A DNA stretch of 62,838 nucleotides, counting the filler, from Chiloscyllium plagiosum (taxonomy: Eukaryota): the NCBI RefSeq assembly GCF_004010195.1. It is 3 parts of one record of this genome, joined end to end, with 100 filler letters (N's around TTAATTAATTAA, not from the genome) between each part and the next. Parts side by side here need not be neighbours in the genome. Positions count along the whole stretch, not along the records: positions 1 to 26,593 come from NC_057710.1; 2 more parts are not named here. The stretch is one strand, 5' to 3'. The position numbers were made by a program, and so were the translations under genes. Below are positions 1-12,140 of the stretch, in pieces; the stretch's first letter is position 1; every line of letters starts with the position of its first letter. The notes below the pieces were generated by a model. That model was not told the origin of the DNA. It did no database searches and worked only from the letters and a program-made list of their open reading frames with translations.

Positions 1-221
1 ACTCCCGGCACCTTCCCCTGCAACCGCAAAAAATGCAAAACTTGCGCCCACACCTCCCCCCTCACTTCCCTCCAAGGCCCCAAGGGATCCTTCAATATCC
101 ATCAGAAATTCACCTGCACCTCCACACACTTCGATTCTCCTTCTCCTTTGACCTGCTGCGCTTTTCTAGCAACACATTTTTAAGCTCTGATCCCCAGCAT
201 CTGCAGTCCTCACTTTCTCCT
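1..221 (+). mobile_element. Penelope-like element fragment (Cys-rich linker before the GIY-YIG domain) plus PLE 3' tail
   Basis: Frame 1 reads TPGTFPCNRKKCKTCAHTSPLTSLQGPKGSFNIHQKFTCTSTH. It is followed by the tail gacctgctgcgcttttctagcaacac...ccagcatctgcagtcctcactttctcct, which recurs at other PLE ends in the window. Confidence 0.85.
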
Positions 222-280
222 AATTATTTACAACATACAGGTTTTCCAAATAATTACAGTAATAGCAACAGAAAGCTTAC

Positions 281-399
281 CTTAAGCCACAACAGGGAAG
301 AGTAATAAATCTCATTAGGGCTAGAAGGACTCGCAATGGCAGTAGAGTAAAGAGATACAAAAAGGCATCCAGGCAAAGGAAGAATCCAAAAAACATTAA
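281..399 (-). CDS. TAPT1: TAPT1 internal coding exon (equivalent to exon 3), 119 bp
   Basis: Minus strand reads ttttttcag|TTAATG...GGCTTAAG|gtaagc and translates LMFFGFFLCLDAFLYLFTLLPLRVLLALMRFITLPCCGL(R). This matches the vertebrate TAPT1 segment LMVFGIFLCLDAFLYVFTLLPLRVFLALFRLLTLPCYGLR as I recall it. It joins the exon at 17626-17756 in phase 0. Confidence 0.96.
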
Positions 400-486
400 C
401 TGAAAAAATAGAAAGATTTATCAAAGCATAAAATGGCTCTCACAAAAAACTTAACAGTATACAAATTTCTACGCATTAGAACATAC

Positions 487-3400
487 TTTTTTTTAAAATA
501 GGTATTTTTATTGAAAAAAGAAAATTTTAAAGATTTTTTTACAGAAGTACAAAAATAATACAAACAAGTGTTTTCTACTTTGCAATATAATAACAGCACC
601 AATAGAAAATTAAAAAGAAAAACCCAACTAACTACTAATCGATTTTACAAACAACCAAAACATAAAATAGGATATCATACATTACTAACAGTAAACAACA
701 AAGCAATTAAATAACTAGATACATGCGCAAAATAGATTTATATCAAGTCATAATGGAACCCGTATTTATACGGGATTCCTTCCCCTGGGGCCCCTAAACC
801 AGCCATAACCATTACCACAGCTAAACAAAAGCCCTGGACAATATGGCCGAAATATCTGTATCGATATAGTTCAAAAAGGGCTGCCATGTTTTATAAAATA
901 ATTCCATTTTTTGGTGCACCATATTTGTGAGGAAGTCAAGGGGAATATATTCCATGACTATCCTGTGCCAGTTTGAAAGTTCTGGGGGGCCTTCAGCTAC
1001 CCAATTCACTAAAATACTTTTCCTCTCACAAAAGGAGAGGATACATCCATGGAGGGAAAATCTGAAGAGCCCAAAGTAGGGACATTGGATCCAATCTGGT
1101 CTCCATACCAAAGATCTGTCAAGGCATTCGCTACTCTATCCCAATACCTACGGATCTTATGGCATGTCCATAGACAATGCGTGAGAGTGCCAACTACTAT
1201 ATTACATTTAGGACACATTGGGGATGCTCCCGCCTTGAATTTTTCGAGTCGTTCAGGTGCCATACGAGCCCTGTGAAGCATCTTTAATTGAGTAGCCTGA
1301 GTTCTGTTACAAACCGAGACCTTTCTGGCATTTTCCCAGATGTCCTTCCACATTTCTAAAGAGAATTCCAATCCTAATTCTTGATTTCATGTTTTATATA
1401 ATCGTTCCATGTCCTTAGAGACCTTATTGTATTGTGAATGATAAAGAGTACTGACCGAGGGCGGCCCATCGGCCCTAGCACTCTCCTTTCCCTGTCTGAT
1501 TTGTAAGGATTGACTATCAGTATTAGATTACTTAGTGTGGAAACAGGCCCTTTGGCCCAACAAGTCCACACCGACCCGCTGAAGTGTAACCCACCCAGAC
1601 CAATTCCCCTACATTTACCCCTTCACCTAACATTACGGGCAATTTAGCATGGCCATTTCACCCAACCTGCACATTTTTGGATTGTGGGAGGAAACCGGAG
1701 CACCCGGAGGAAACCCACGCAGACACGGGGAGAACGTGCAAACTCCACACAGTCGCCTGAGGCGGGAACTGAACCATGGTCTCTGGCGCTGTGAGGCAGC
1801 AGTGCTAACCACTGTGCCACCCATCAGTGCACCCATCAAATTAGAAAAGCTGCAGTGTGGTCTTCTTTTGTATAAAGTCTCGTATTTGAAAATACCAAAA
1901 CAGGTCCCTGTTAGGCAGCCCAAACTTCTCGTGCAGCTGTTCAAAGGACATCATAACCTCCCCATCGAACAGGTCTCCAAAGCAGGAGATACCTCTGGAC
2001 TTCCAAGTTTTAAATGTAGCATCTGTCAGCCCTGGATGAAATCCCGATGCTCTCACTATAGGGGTATAAGGGAAGGATTTTTGCAGGGTTTTCCTCATCT
2101 TGTCGCATTGTCCTCCAGGCTTTAATTGTATTTGGTACAAGAGGGTTTTTACAATAGTCCATAATAACTCTCATCTTGTCCATAAATAATAGATTGATGA
2201 GGGGACATTTTGCTTGGGAGGTCTCAATATCTAACCAGATTGATTGTGGGTCACAAGAGACCCAGTCAGCGACATAAGATAATAAGGAACTCAATTGGTA
2301 CCTCCTGAAGTCTGGAAAGTCCAGCCCAACCCTTGCTTGTGGGAGCTGCAGCTTTTCTAATTTGATAAGGGGCTGTCTATGATTCCAAATAAAGGAGCCG
2401 AGCCAGCCGTAGAGCTTACACAACGCCAGTCTCGGCAGCATCAAGGGGAGCATTCTCATAGGATATAGAAGACAAGGTAGACTATCCATCTTAACGAAGG
2501 CTACTCTGCCTAACCAGGATATTGGGAGATCTCCCCCGCGTTGAAGGTCCTGCCTTATTTTCTCTAATAAGTGTATGTAATTGGTTTTATACAGCTGACC
2601 AAATACTGGAGTGATAAAAATACCTAAGTATAGAAAACCTTCTAGTGACCACCGAAAGGGAAAGCAAGATCTGTCCGATAAATTGGATACACTAGCAAGA
2701 CGGCATGGCCTCCGATGTCATGAAATTGATTTTGTAATGTGAGAATCTACCAAATAAATTGACCACTTGAATTAAGCGGGCACGGGTGTCAGAGGATCAC
2801 TTAAGAAAAGGAGGACATCATTCGCAGAGAGAGTAATTTTGTGCTTGCCCGATCCAACCCTCAGCCATTATATTAGGGTCAGTTCATATAGCTTCTGCCA
2901 GTGGTTCAATCATTGGCATAAATAGTAATGGTGAAAGAGGACATCCCTGACGACATCCCCTGCCAACATTAAAGCTATCCGAACTTAAACCAATGGCGAT
3001 CACCGCTGCTTTGGGATCATTATATAATGCTGAAATCCATTCAGTAAAGACCTCTCCAACACTGAACCTTTCCAGCATATTAAAAAAAATATGGCCATTC
3101 TACCCGATCAAATGCCTTCTCTGCATCTAGGGAGACAACTAAACCCAGTATTGTTCCCGATTGACAGGCTTGTATCGTATTTAAGACCTTTCTAATATTA
3201 TTAGTTGACCTGCGACCCTTTATAAACCCCATCTGGTCCTCTTTTATAATGTATGGTAAGACCCTCTTCAGTCTTAATGCTAACACTTTCGAAAGAATTT
3301 TGAAATCCACATTTAACAAGGATATGGGTCGATATGAAGAGCAATCTTCTGTGGCCTTTCCCTTCTTAAGCATGAGAGAAATATTTGCTTCTCTCAACGA

Positions 3401-6400
3401 AGGTGGGAGGCAGCCCTGACAATATGAGTAATTGTACATATTTATGAGTGGCCCAGCCAGTTCCCCTATAAGTTCTTTATAGAACTCAACCTGGATTCCA
3501 TCTGGCCCAGGCGTTTTGCCACTCTGAAGCTGCCTAACCGCATCCTGTACTTCCTGAGTTGTCAAGGGGGTATTCAAGATCGACACCTGCTCCGAGGTTG
3601 AACCCGGAAGGGCTAAATTTTTAAAGAAGGACTCCATCTTCCCAGTTCTATCCTCACACTCCTGCAACTTCTACAATTCAAAATAGAACTTTCTAAAGGC
3701 TGTATTGATCTTGTTACAATCACAAGTCAAGCTACCAACACTTTCTCTAATGGACGTAATGGCCTGGGGAGCCTTTTTCTTTCTGGCAAGGTACGCTAGA
3801 TATCTGCCAGACTTGTCACCATATTCAAATAGTGTCTGCTTTGCGAATAATATTTCCCTCTTTGCTGTTTGGGTAAATGCAGTATTCAAGGTTGTCCTAA
3901 TGGCTGTGATCCTTTGTAGCTTAGTAATGAAGGGCCTATCAACATACACTGTCTCAGCTGCCTTCAAGTGAGCCTCGAGCAGGCGCTGTTGCTCTCCCTT
4001 TTGTCTTTTCCGGGTCGCAGACTAGGAGATGACCAAGCCTCGCGCATATGCCTTAGTGGTCTCCCACATCATCGAAGGGTTACTGGCTGTACCGGAGTTA
4101 ATTTCCCAGAAGGTTTTAAATTCCTGTGAAAAATACTTTATAAATTTGCTACCCTTCAATAAGAAAGGATCCATACGTTAATGTCGGGGGCCTATCCCAT
4201 CATCCCTAGTCTTGACTTCCATATATACTGTGGCATAATCAGAAATAGTTATATTACCTATTTTACAAGACAGTATCAAATTCAAAAGGGTCGAGGGAAC
4301 AAAAAAACATATCAATTCTGGTATGGCACTTGTGTGGGTTAGAGTAGAAAGTAAAGTCTCTACCCTGGGGATGAAGACACCTCCACACATCTACTAATCC
4401 TAGCTCCTTGTTCAGATTCGCCAGTTGTCTGGATCTCAGAGATATACCCATAGTGCTCCTAGTAACCTATCCGTCACTAGATCAATAATAGTTAAAATCT
4501 CCTCCTATAATTGTATGGCGGACCCCGAAAGCCATCAACTTAGAGAACGCTTCCGTTACAAATTTAAAAGGGTGTGCCGGGGGATAAAAAAGATTCAAAA
4601 TTCCATATTCCTCTCCATGTATTAGGGCTTTGACCAATATGTACTATCCAGACTCATCTTTTAACTGGCTTATTATTTGGAAAGGAAGATTCTTCCGAAT
4701 AAGAATGGCTACTCCCCCACTTTTTGAGCTGAAAGATGAAAAGAAAGCCTGACCAAACCCACCCTGTTGTAGCTTTAAGTATTCTTTGTCAAGTAGATGT
4801 GTCTCTTGTAAGAGAGCTACATCAACCTTTTCTTTTTTAAAGACTTGATAATATCTATTTCCTTTTAATTGGCGAATTGCTCCCCTTGACATTCCAAGTG
4901 CACCACCTAAACGAATGGCTAGCCATGATTGTCCAGACAGGCCCGAGACCCCGCAGGAGGAAGAACCCCACCCAAAAGACGTTGAATAAAGACCATAGAA
5001 AATTCACAAATAGAAAAACTCTTTAAAACATTTAAATCAACACAATTAAGAACTACTCCGAAATAAAAATAATACAAAACAAATTTGATAGGAGGCTTTC
5101 CCCCTTGTGCCCAGGGGACATAACTACCTATATCAATAACCCCACCATAATCTCTCCTAGCTAGGGCCTTGCCCTCGGCCCAGGCTTTACAGAATGGAGT
5201 AAATAAATTCAAGTGTCTTATAAAACAGGAGTTAAAAGTGAGTGACCCACCCCTCCCTCCACACCAACACCCAGGTATGTTTAATAAAAACAATACAAAA
5301 TAGAAATATATAAAGTTATTAAATTACAATCCCAGCAAGTATTAGGCAACTAAATAAGAAGAAGAAAAAAGAAGAAAAAATACCTCCCCAACAAATCAAA
5401 TAAGCCACACAAGCTATAAAAAGGAGACCAAAGAAAGAGTAAAGAACAAGCTCCCCCCCACCCCCCGATAAAAGGTGAGAGAAAGAGAGATGAAGAAAGA
5501 AAGAAGGGTAAACAAAGGGGGGGGGGTGCAAAATAAAGTCATTATCCATACAGTTCAAGTTCCGCAGTCTATTTGAGAGTCCAAGAATTCTTTTACTTTC
5601 TCCGGTGATCCAAAGTTATATAAGGATCCTCCATAGCTGAAGTGCAGCGTTGCCGGATATCACATGGAGTATTGAATATTTAAGTCTCTCAGATGCTTCT
5701 TCACCTCATCGAATGCCCTCCTCTTGCAGACCACGACTGGATAGAAGTCCCGAAAAAGCATTATCCTGGAGCCCTTGTACATCATGGCCTGGGGATCCTT
5801 CCCCAGGATTCTGCAGGCCTCTAGGAGCATTTGAGCATTTGTTTTTCTTCATAACATTGAAGTCGGACTAGAACCGAGCGGGGGCACTGGTCCAACCCAG
5901 GCCCGCGTACAGCAACCTGGTGGGCCCACTCCACCCGCACCCGGCCTAGCTCCGACTCGAACTTCAATAAGTGTAGGGGCCATCGCTCCAAGAAACCCAC
6001 AAGCTGGCCTTCCTCTTCCCGTTCGGGAAGGCCCAGCAACTGAATATTTTCTGACGACCCCGATTCTTGAGGTCGATGTGCTCCTCCAGGGTCTGCACTC
6101 GGCGCTCCAGAGCCCGGATCTAACCCACGGATGACACAGCAGCAATCTCGGAGGCCGCGGCCCGTTGCTCCACCCCTCTGACGTGCTGCTCGAGTATTTT
6201 GATCTCTTGGTCATGCTGCAGAAGCATGATCGAGATGGACTCCCACCTGGACCGGGCCTCCTCGATGGACGTGTCGATCCTCTGCTAGAGTTTGACGATT
6301 TTGGAGACCAGGCTCGCCTCTGCTGGTAAGTCTCCCGAGGCGGCCATGGATGTCCCTGCTGCTGCAGGAGTGGGTGGGGGAGGGGTCCCTGCCTGTTGCG

Positions 6401-6576
6401 AGTTGCGGGAGTTTTTGCCCTCAGTCATTTTTAAAATAACACCAAACTGTTAAAGTTTGATGTGAAATGACTTTGTATGCTGGGCAAAAGCTATCCTGAA
6501 TGATTTAAAAGGTGAGGTGAAGGTGGGCACCTCACTTAGGCAGAGCACTGCAGACTCAAATTTACTGGGATCTCCC
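487..6576 (-). mobile_element. Full-length decayed L1-clade LINE (5'UTR, ORF1, long inter-ORF spacer, ORF2 APE-RT-CCHC, 3'UTR, polyA)
   Basis: ORF1 ~6428-5550 (GLPEREEEG, WAHQV, PRSVLVRL). ORF2 starts at 4926 (MASHSFRWCTWNVKG) and includes LLQETHL, GKTPGPDG, SYRPISLLNVDFKILSKVLA, LDAEKAFDRVEW, RGCRQGCPLSPLLF and CPKC..GTLTHCLWTC. The YADD motif has decayed to SAND and there are many stops. AATAAA at 507-512 and an A-tail at 487-494 (minus strand). agaacata is repeated at 478-485 and 6577-6584. Confidence 0.95.
1522..1822 (-). mobile_element. HE1/V-SINE-type tRNA-derived SINE inserted in L1 ORF2
   Basis: Head GGTGGCACAGTGGTTAGCACTGCTGCCTCACAGC, core TGTGTGGAGTTTGCAC..TCTCCCCGTGTCTGCGTGGGTTTCCTCCGGGTGCTCCGG and a taatc tail. 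6-bp TSD atcagt at 1516-1521 and 1823-1828. Same family as 39830-40142. Confidence 0.93.
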
Positions 6577-8739
6577 AGAACATATATTTTAAAGATTCAA
6601 ATATATATATATAGACATATGTAATATGTTCCATTGATAATCAGAAAAAAAAAGGACAAACTGCGCACGTCCCTTTCTGTACCGGTTTTGGTACAACAGA
6701 GGCAATAGAAGTATGTACGGGAATGTTGAGGCTTCCATTGTCTTTACAGTAGGAAAACAAAAACGCAGTTCCAGTAAACCAGGCATGATATTTGGGAGAA
6801 TGAGAGGAGCAGGGTGAATCAGATTCACATACAAACATAAAATGCAACTATCCATTGAAACAAGACAGAATTGTATTCTCCACATACTATGATAGTTTAA
6901 CCTCCAAAACAGGATTGGGTACAGGATAATCGCATTTGCAAGAGACTTGCAAAGATTAAACTGTCTTTTTTCTGGAATTAATTTTGTTGCGCACGAATCA
7001 AAATTGAGAAAATATGCTCTCCATCTTGAGAGGCACTTTGTTCGGTAATGAGCCACACACTGAAGGGGAGTTGTCAAAATAATGTTCTAATCATTCCAAA
7101 ATTGGAAAAAGAACTGCAAAAGAATTTAGAAGCTGCATAGCTAGAAATCTTCATAAGACGACAGTCAATTTGTGTAAGAGGTAGGAATGAAACAGTTGAG
7201 CACATTTCTGCTCTAGAGACAAAATTGAGAAAAGGCTGATATACTGGACCTGCACCTGACTTCTAGGCAAGCATTATAACAAAACCTTGCCATTTCTTTT
7301 TTTTTAACAAATAATGTAGCATGGATCTATCAGATTTGGTATTACTTCACTCTAAGGCATCTGCAGAGACACAGATGTTGCATTGAAAGGGTAATCTATT
7401 GCTACTGATATTAATATCCAAACTAAAATAGAATGGCCTGTAACTTAATCAGATGTGACAGAACTTTCAGCAGCAGGTACCAAGGGAGGGCACCAAGCAA
7501 GAAAACTCAGTTACACAGGAACTTCCACCTACAGTTGGGTATGGTGAAGCAGGGCAGCTGGTGCAGTCAAACAAGCCCTCCCTAAAATATAAAATAAAGG
7601 TGTCTTTAGAGGAGGAAGAGGACGACTCATGGTGAAGAAGAACCAGGCAGACAAAAGGATTCCTGGACCCAAAGTAAACTTCAGGCTTTATTCAATGTAA
7701 ATACTATAAATATATCCTTGCTTAACTTTAATTTCTCTCATGATTGTAACTACCTGTTTCATGATCTTCGATCCTTACTGTGTTCAAATCTTATGTTACA
7801 TTTCTGACATAGCCAATTTCACAATGCATGTTTCAAGACAACAAGATGAACAACATTGAAAAGCACCTTGCCAAGCTAAAGTTAAGGAGCTGAAACTGGC
7901 AATATCTGTAAGGGACATTGAAGGCGCTCTTAGATTCAGATTGCAAGAAGATCTTTAGTCCAAATCCAGACAGAGGCTCTCCACATACATCGTTTTGACA
8001 TTACAGGAAAAGGAAAGCAGTCCTCCTGATCAGATGAACAGAAAAATGGACAGATTTGGAGAAAGACCTGGATTGCATGCTTCTACAACAACTGAAGACC
8101 TGATTAAGGATGCACAATAAAATCAAAAAGCAGTTCATTATGGCATCCAGGTCCTCATGCAAGTGAATAGGTGGAATTTGTGGTGGAACATATGTATGGA
8201 TAAACCCACAGGGAAATAGTAGAAGGAAGTACGGATGTTCAAAAGAAGTCCATGGCAGATCTTTGAGATATTGATTAAGGTTTTATGAGCATGCTGTAGC
8301 CAACTAGCTACCACAGAGATCTTATAAGTGTAAGCAAGCAAAGGAGAAAACCTGGTTCCATGGCCTGGAGCTGGAGAAGTTGCCTGATCACATCATCCTC
8401 CTGGATCCCTCCTACAAATCAACCACGGACAGGATAATGAAGGACCGCCCAACAGAAGCAGCAAGAAATGCGAATATAAAGATGGAGTTGAGGTAGCTTT
8501 GAAGTGACAATACTCAAATTTTCTTTGAAGCATGGGGTCACATCATCCAGATCATGGGGAAAGATTGGACTGAGAAGACCACAGACGAAAATATCATCAG
8601 GAAGGTGACTATTGAGAGGACGGATGGGGATGGAGAGCTCGGGCTGAAGAGGAAGGGGAAAAGATTCACAGCAGGCAGAGAACCAGAATAAGCATTGAAA
8701 TTGTGACAGGGTGGACACTGCAAGTCAGACTGTCTTCAA

Positions 8740-9635
8740 CAACCACTGCATCAGGCTTATTTGATATCTAGAGCTGATGAAACATTACAAGCTCTCAAAA
8801 AGTGCAAAGTATTCCTGCAGTGTCAATTTGGCACACAGCTATCCATTGCTGAACAAGATGTTGAAAAGACGAAATTTCAAACAGGCAGTTGGGTACTTTA
8901 TAAGTATACAAGACTGCCACTTGAGATTCGAAATGGCCCCACCATCATCATATGTGTCAGAGATAATTTTTTTCTAGCAATGTTAATTTCTCTTCCCTCT
9001 TTGTGTATCCAGACAACATATTAATCTTTGGCTTGACAGTTGAGGGGACCGTTGCAAGACTCAACATTGTTTTAGCCTATTTGATGCAATTTAACTCGAA
9101 AGTCAAAGCAGAGAAGTGCCATGTTTTCTAGACAAAAAAACATTATTCCCAAAGATGCAGAATCTGAGCAACAGAGTGATGGTCAGGCCCTGGACAGGGA
9201 GGGATCGACATGGGTCCCTTAGTCTAGTGGGTTACTATGGAAGATCTGCATGACACTATACACAGTTGGCTGCCTCACTCTGCAGTTTGCTGAGGAAATC
9301 AGAGAATGCTACAGGAATGGTTCGGAAAGGATATACAATACTTCATAGACTACCATTGGTAGTTGAACACTTGCATGTGAAGATTCATTTTGTACCCTAA
9401 AGAGGTCTCATCAATCTGCGCTTGGCTACACAGATTTCCCTCTAAGCTTTAGTTTGGAAACAGACTCGCCAGTTTCCTTGACAAGAACAACTGCAGTCAC
9501 AGGGTGAAGGACAGAAAAGAATGGATATTGCCTATGTCAGAGGCTCAAGGCAAACAAGACGAATATGGAGAATTACTCTAGTATGAAATTTGAACTTCTA
9601 ACTTTGAGGTGAGCTATTTCCCAGAAGTTTAGAAA
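8740..9635 (+). mobile_element. Gypsy LTR-retrotransposon pol remnant (RT and RNase H)
   Basis: Frameshifted motifs: ADETLQALK, SAKYSCSVNLAHSY, AEQDVEKTKFQTG, YKYTRLP, YPDNILIF (decayed YLDD), LKVKAEKC, GLVGYY, NYSSMKFELLTLR*AISQKFR. Confidence 0.8.
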
Positions 9636-10145
9636 TATAGAACATAGAAGATATCCCTCGACTCTGCGCCACCATCCAATATGATTATGGCTGATCACAG
9701 AACTCAACACACTAATCCCATGCTCCCCATACCCCTTGATTCCTTTAGCTACAAGAGCTGTATGTAATTTCTTCTTGAAAAATAGAATTGCCTCAATCAC
9801 ATTCTGTTCCCATGAATTCCACAGGCTCACCACTCTCTGGGTGAAAAACATTTTCCTCTCCGTCCTAAAAGATTTACCCTGGTTCTAGATTCTCCCATCA
9901 GAAACATTCTTCCTGCATCTAACACATGTGGTCCTGTAAGAATTTTATAGGTTTGAATGAGAACCCCTTATTCAAAGTGAACTCCAGTGAACAGTCCTAA
10001 CCTATGGAATCACACCTCGTATGTCAGTCCCGTCATCAGGAATCAACTTTGCAAACCTTTGCTACACTCTATAGCAACAACATCCTTCCTCAGAAAAGGA
10101 GGCCAAAACTGCATACATTATTCTAGGTGTGGCCTCATCAATGCC
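9636..10145 (-). mobile_element. CR1-type LINE 3' end
   Basis: FFTQRVVSLWNS C-terminal motif and a ttctatg-type tail. It interrupts the Gypsy remnant. Confidence 0.85.
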
Positions 10146-10149
10146 CTTT

Positions 10150-10505
10150 ATCGCTTCAACTCCCACTCCCACTCCACCAAGGACATGCAAGACCTGGGTC
10201 TCCTCCATCGCCAAATCCTAGCCACCTGACGACTGGAGGAAGAATACCTCATCTTGCGTCTTGGGATCTTCCAACCACACAGAATCAATGTCAATTTCAC
10301 CATTTTCCGCATCTCCCCTCCCTCCACCTTATCCCAGATCCAATCCTCCAACTTGGCACCACCCTCTGGAACTGTCCTACTGTCCATCTTCCTTCTCACA
10401 TATCTGCTCCACCCTCCACTCCGACCTATCAGCATCACCCCCAGCTTCACCCACCTATCACATTCCTAGTTACCTTCCCTCCAGCTCCACACCTCCCATT
10501 CATCT
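10150..10505 (+). mobile_element. Penelope-like element 3' fragment (GIY-YIG C-terminus)
   Basis: FNSHSHSTKDMQDLGLLHRQ..RLEEEYLILRLGIFQPHRINVNF, homologous to 22920-23110. Confidence 0.85.
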
Positions 10506-10539
10506 CATTCTTCCTGCCTTCACCAAGTTCACACAGTCA

Positions 10540-10910
10540 TTCCCACCCATCACCAAAAGGTCTCAAGTTTTAGCCACGATTGATTTGTCTACTTCAGTGT
10601 TCCATGTCAGATTCTCAGTGATCAGGAGCTGTACTTGAAGAGCAAGATCATCCAGGAACTTCAAGATCTGTGGCATTGCCAAGAACCACTATAACCATTG
10701 CCAAAGGTTAATGAACAATGTGAACTATTCAACTGCATTCTGCATAAGTGTATACACACCTTCTCTTTTGAGAGGAAAAGAAAGCATCATGGGTAACTTC
10801 CAGAGTGGGTTTATGCTTATAACAGCATCACGCACCCATCCATAGGCTATTCTTTACATTCTTTCTTCTTTGGACAAGATCCAATCTTTCCAGTGGACTT
10901 TCCTTGGGCT
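10540..10910 (+). mobile_element. Gypsy integrase remnant (probably continues the 8740 element)
   Basis: PEWVYAYNSITHPSIGYSLHSFFFGQDPIFPVDF resembles the integrase-core end YAYNSxxHxSTGYSPxxLxFGRxPxLPVD. Confidence 0.65.
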
Positions 10911-11054
10911 CACAATACCTTCTGACAGAGATGGCTAGTTCAACAAGTGGTAGTTGCAATGCCAGGCATTTGAGACAGCAAGACATGTGTGTGACAGAAG
11001 TGTCAAGAAGGAAAACACTGATTGCAGGCTGACGGAAATACACTTCCATTCAGC

Positions 11055-11178
11055 TCAAAGGGCTTGGAGAGATATGGGCCGGGTGCTGGCAGATGGGACC
11101 AGGTAAGGTTGGGATATCGAGTCGGCATGGACGAGTTGGACCAAAGGGTCTGTTTCCGTGCTGTACATCTCTGACTCT
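11055..11178 (+). mobile_element. Short CR1/HER1-type LINE 3' tail
   Basis: gatatgggccgggtgctggcagatgggac...aagggtctgtttccgtgctgtacatctctgactct. The same tail occurs in reverse at 29198, 33727 and 47172. Confidence 0.8.
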
Positions 11179-12029
11179 GGGTGGCATAAAGAATCCCTGC
11201 TTCATGTCCTTTAGGCCTTTTGTGTGTTCACATCTTATGTAACATAGATATATTTTAGTCAGATATGCTTCAGATTTAACTGTAAATAGGAAGAACAAGA
11301 ATGTTCTCAAGGTAAATTTTCCATAAAGCTTTTCCTATTCCACTGCTGTATCAGAGATAATTGACTTCAAACTTATAACAGGAGGGAGAAGTCCAGAAAA
11401 AAAAAAATCACCCACTTGTAGCCAAGGTGAGAACTATCTCCATTTAGCTGAATTACTTCATTTAAGTAGCATTCCAATTCCTTGCTTCAAGATTGTGTCT
11501 GTATGCAAGGAAGATTATAGAACAACTTCTAAAATTAAATCTGTTTCTTGAAATTTACCATCAGTTGAGACTTGAATTTTCCATAACACCCAATTGCGGA
11601 TTTACACAAAAACACCACTCATTTCAAGTATGCTGAAAAGTTTTGTGATTAACAACTGTGTAAAAATCACAAAGCCAGATTGGAAAGTTATTAACATGCA
11701 TTTATTAGAAGATGTAAAAGTGACTGGGATTAGTATGCTGAGGAAAAAGAACACTGTATTTTCAAATAGTGTAACCCAATAGTGGTATTTTAGATATGCT
11801 CCATAATACCTCCTCCACTGATTTTCATTTTAGACCAATGGAACATTTCACTGACAGTCAACCATCCAAACCATGCAGCAACATTTACAGAGCACCTGGG
11901 TCAGGGCAAGTAACCATGAGAGTAAATAAATGACTGAATTAAGAGGAGAGAAAAGAGACCAAAAAGAAAGTGATCTTAATAGTTCCAAGGGTTAAAATAC
12001 ATTAGAATAGCGAATCATACAGCAAGATA

Positions 12030-12140
12030 CTGTCATGGTGCATTGGCAGTGTCCCTATCCCTACAGTGAGATGCCCAGTTCAAATACCCACCTGCTCCAG
12101 AGATGTGTAAAAACATCTCTAAACAGGCTGATCAGAAAAG
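12030..12140 (+). repeat. Short tRNA-like SINE head (related copies at ~51245-51340 + and ~57880-57930 -)
   Basis: atggtgcattggcagtgtccctatc...gttcaaatacc has A-box-like and B-box-like motifs. Similar to gtgatggagtggcagtgtccttatctctgg near 51249. Confidence 0.45.
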
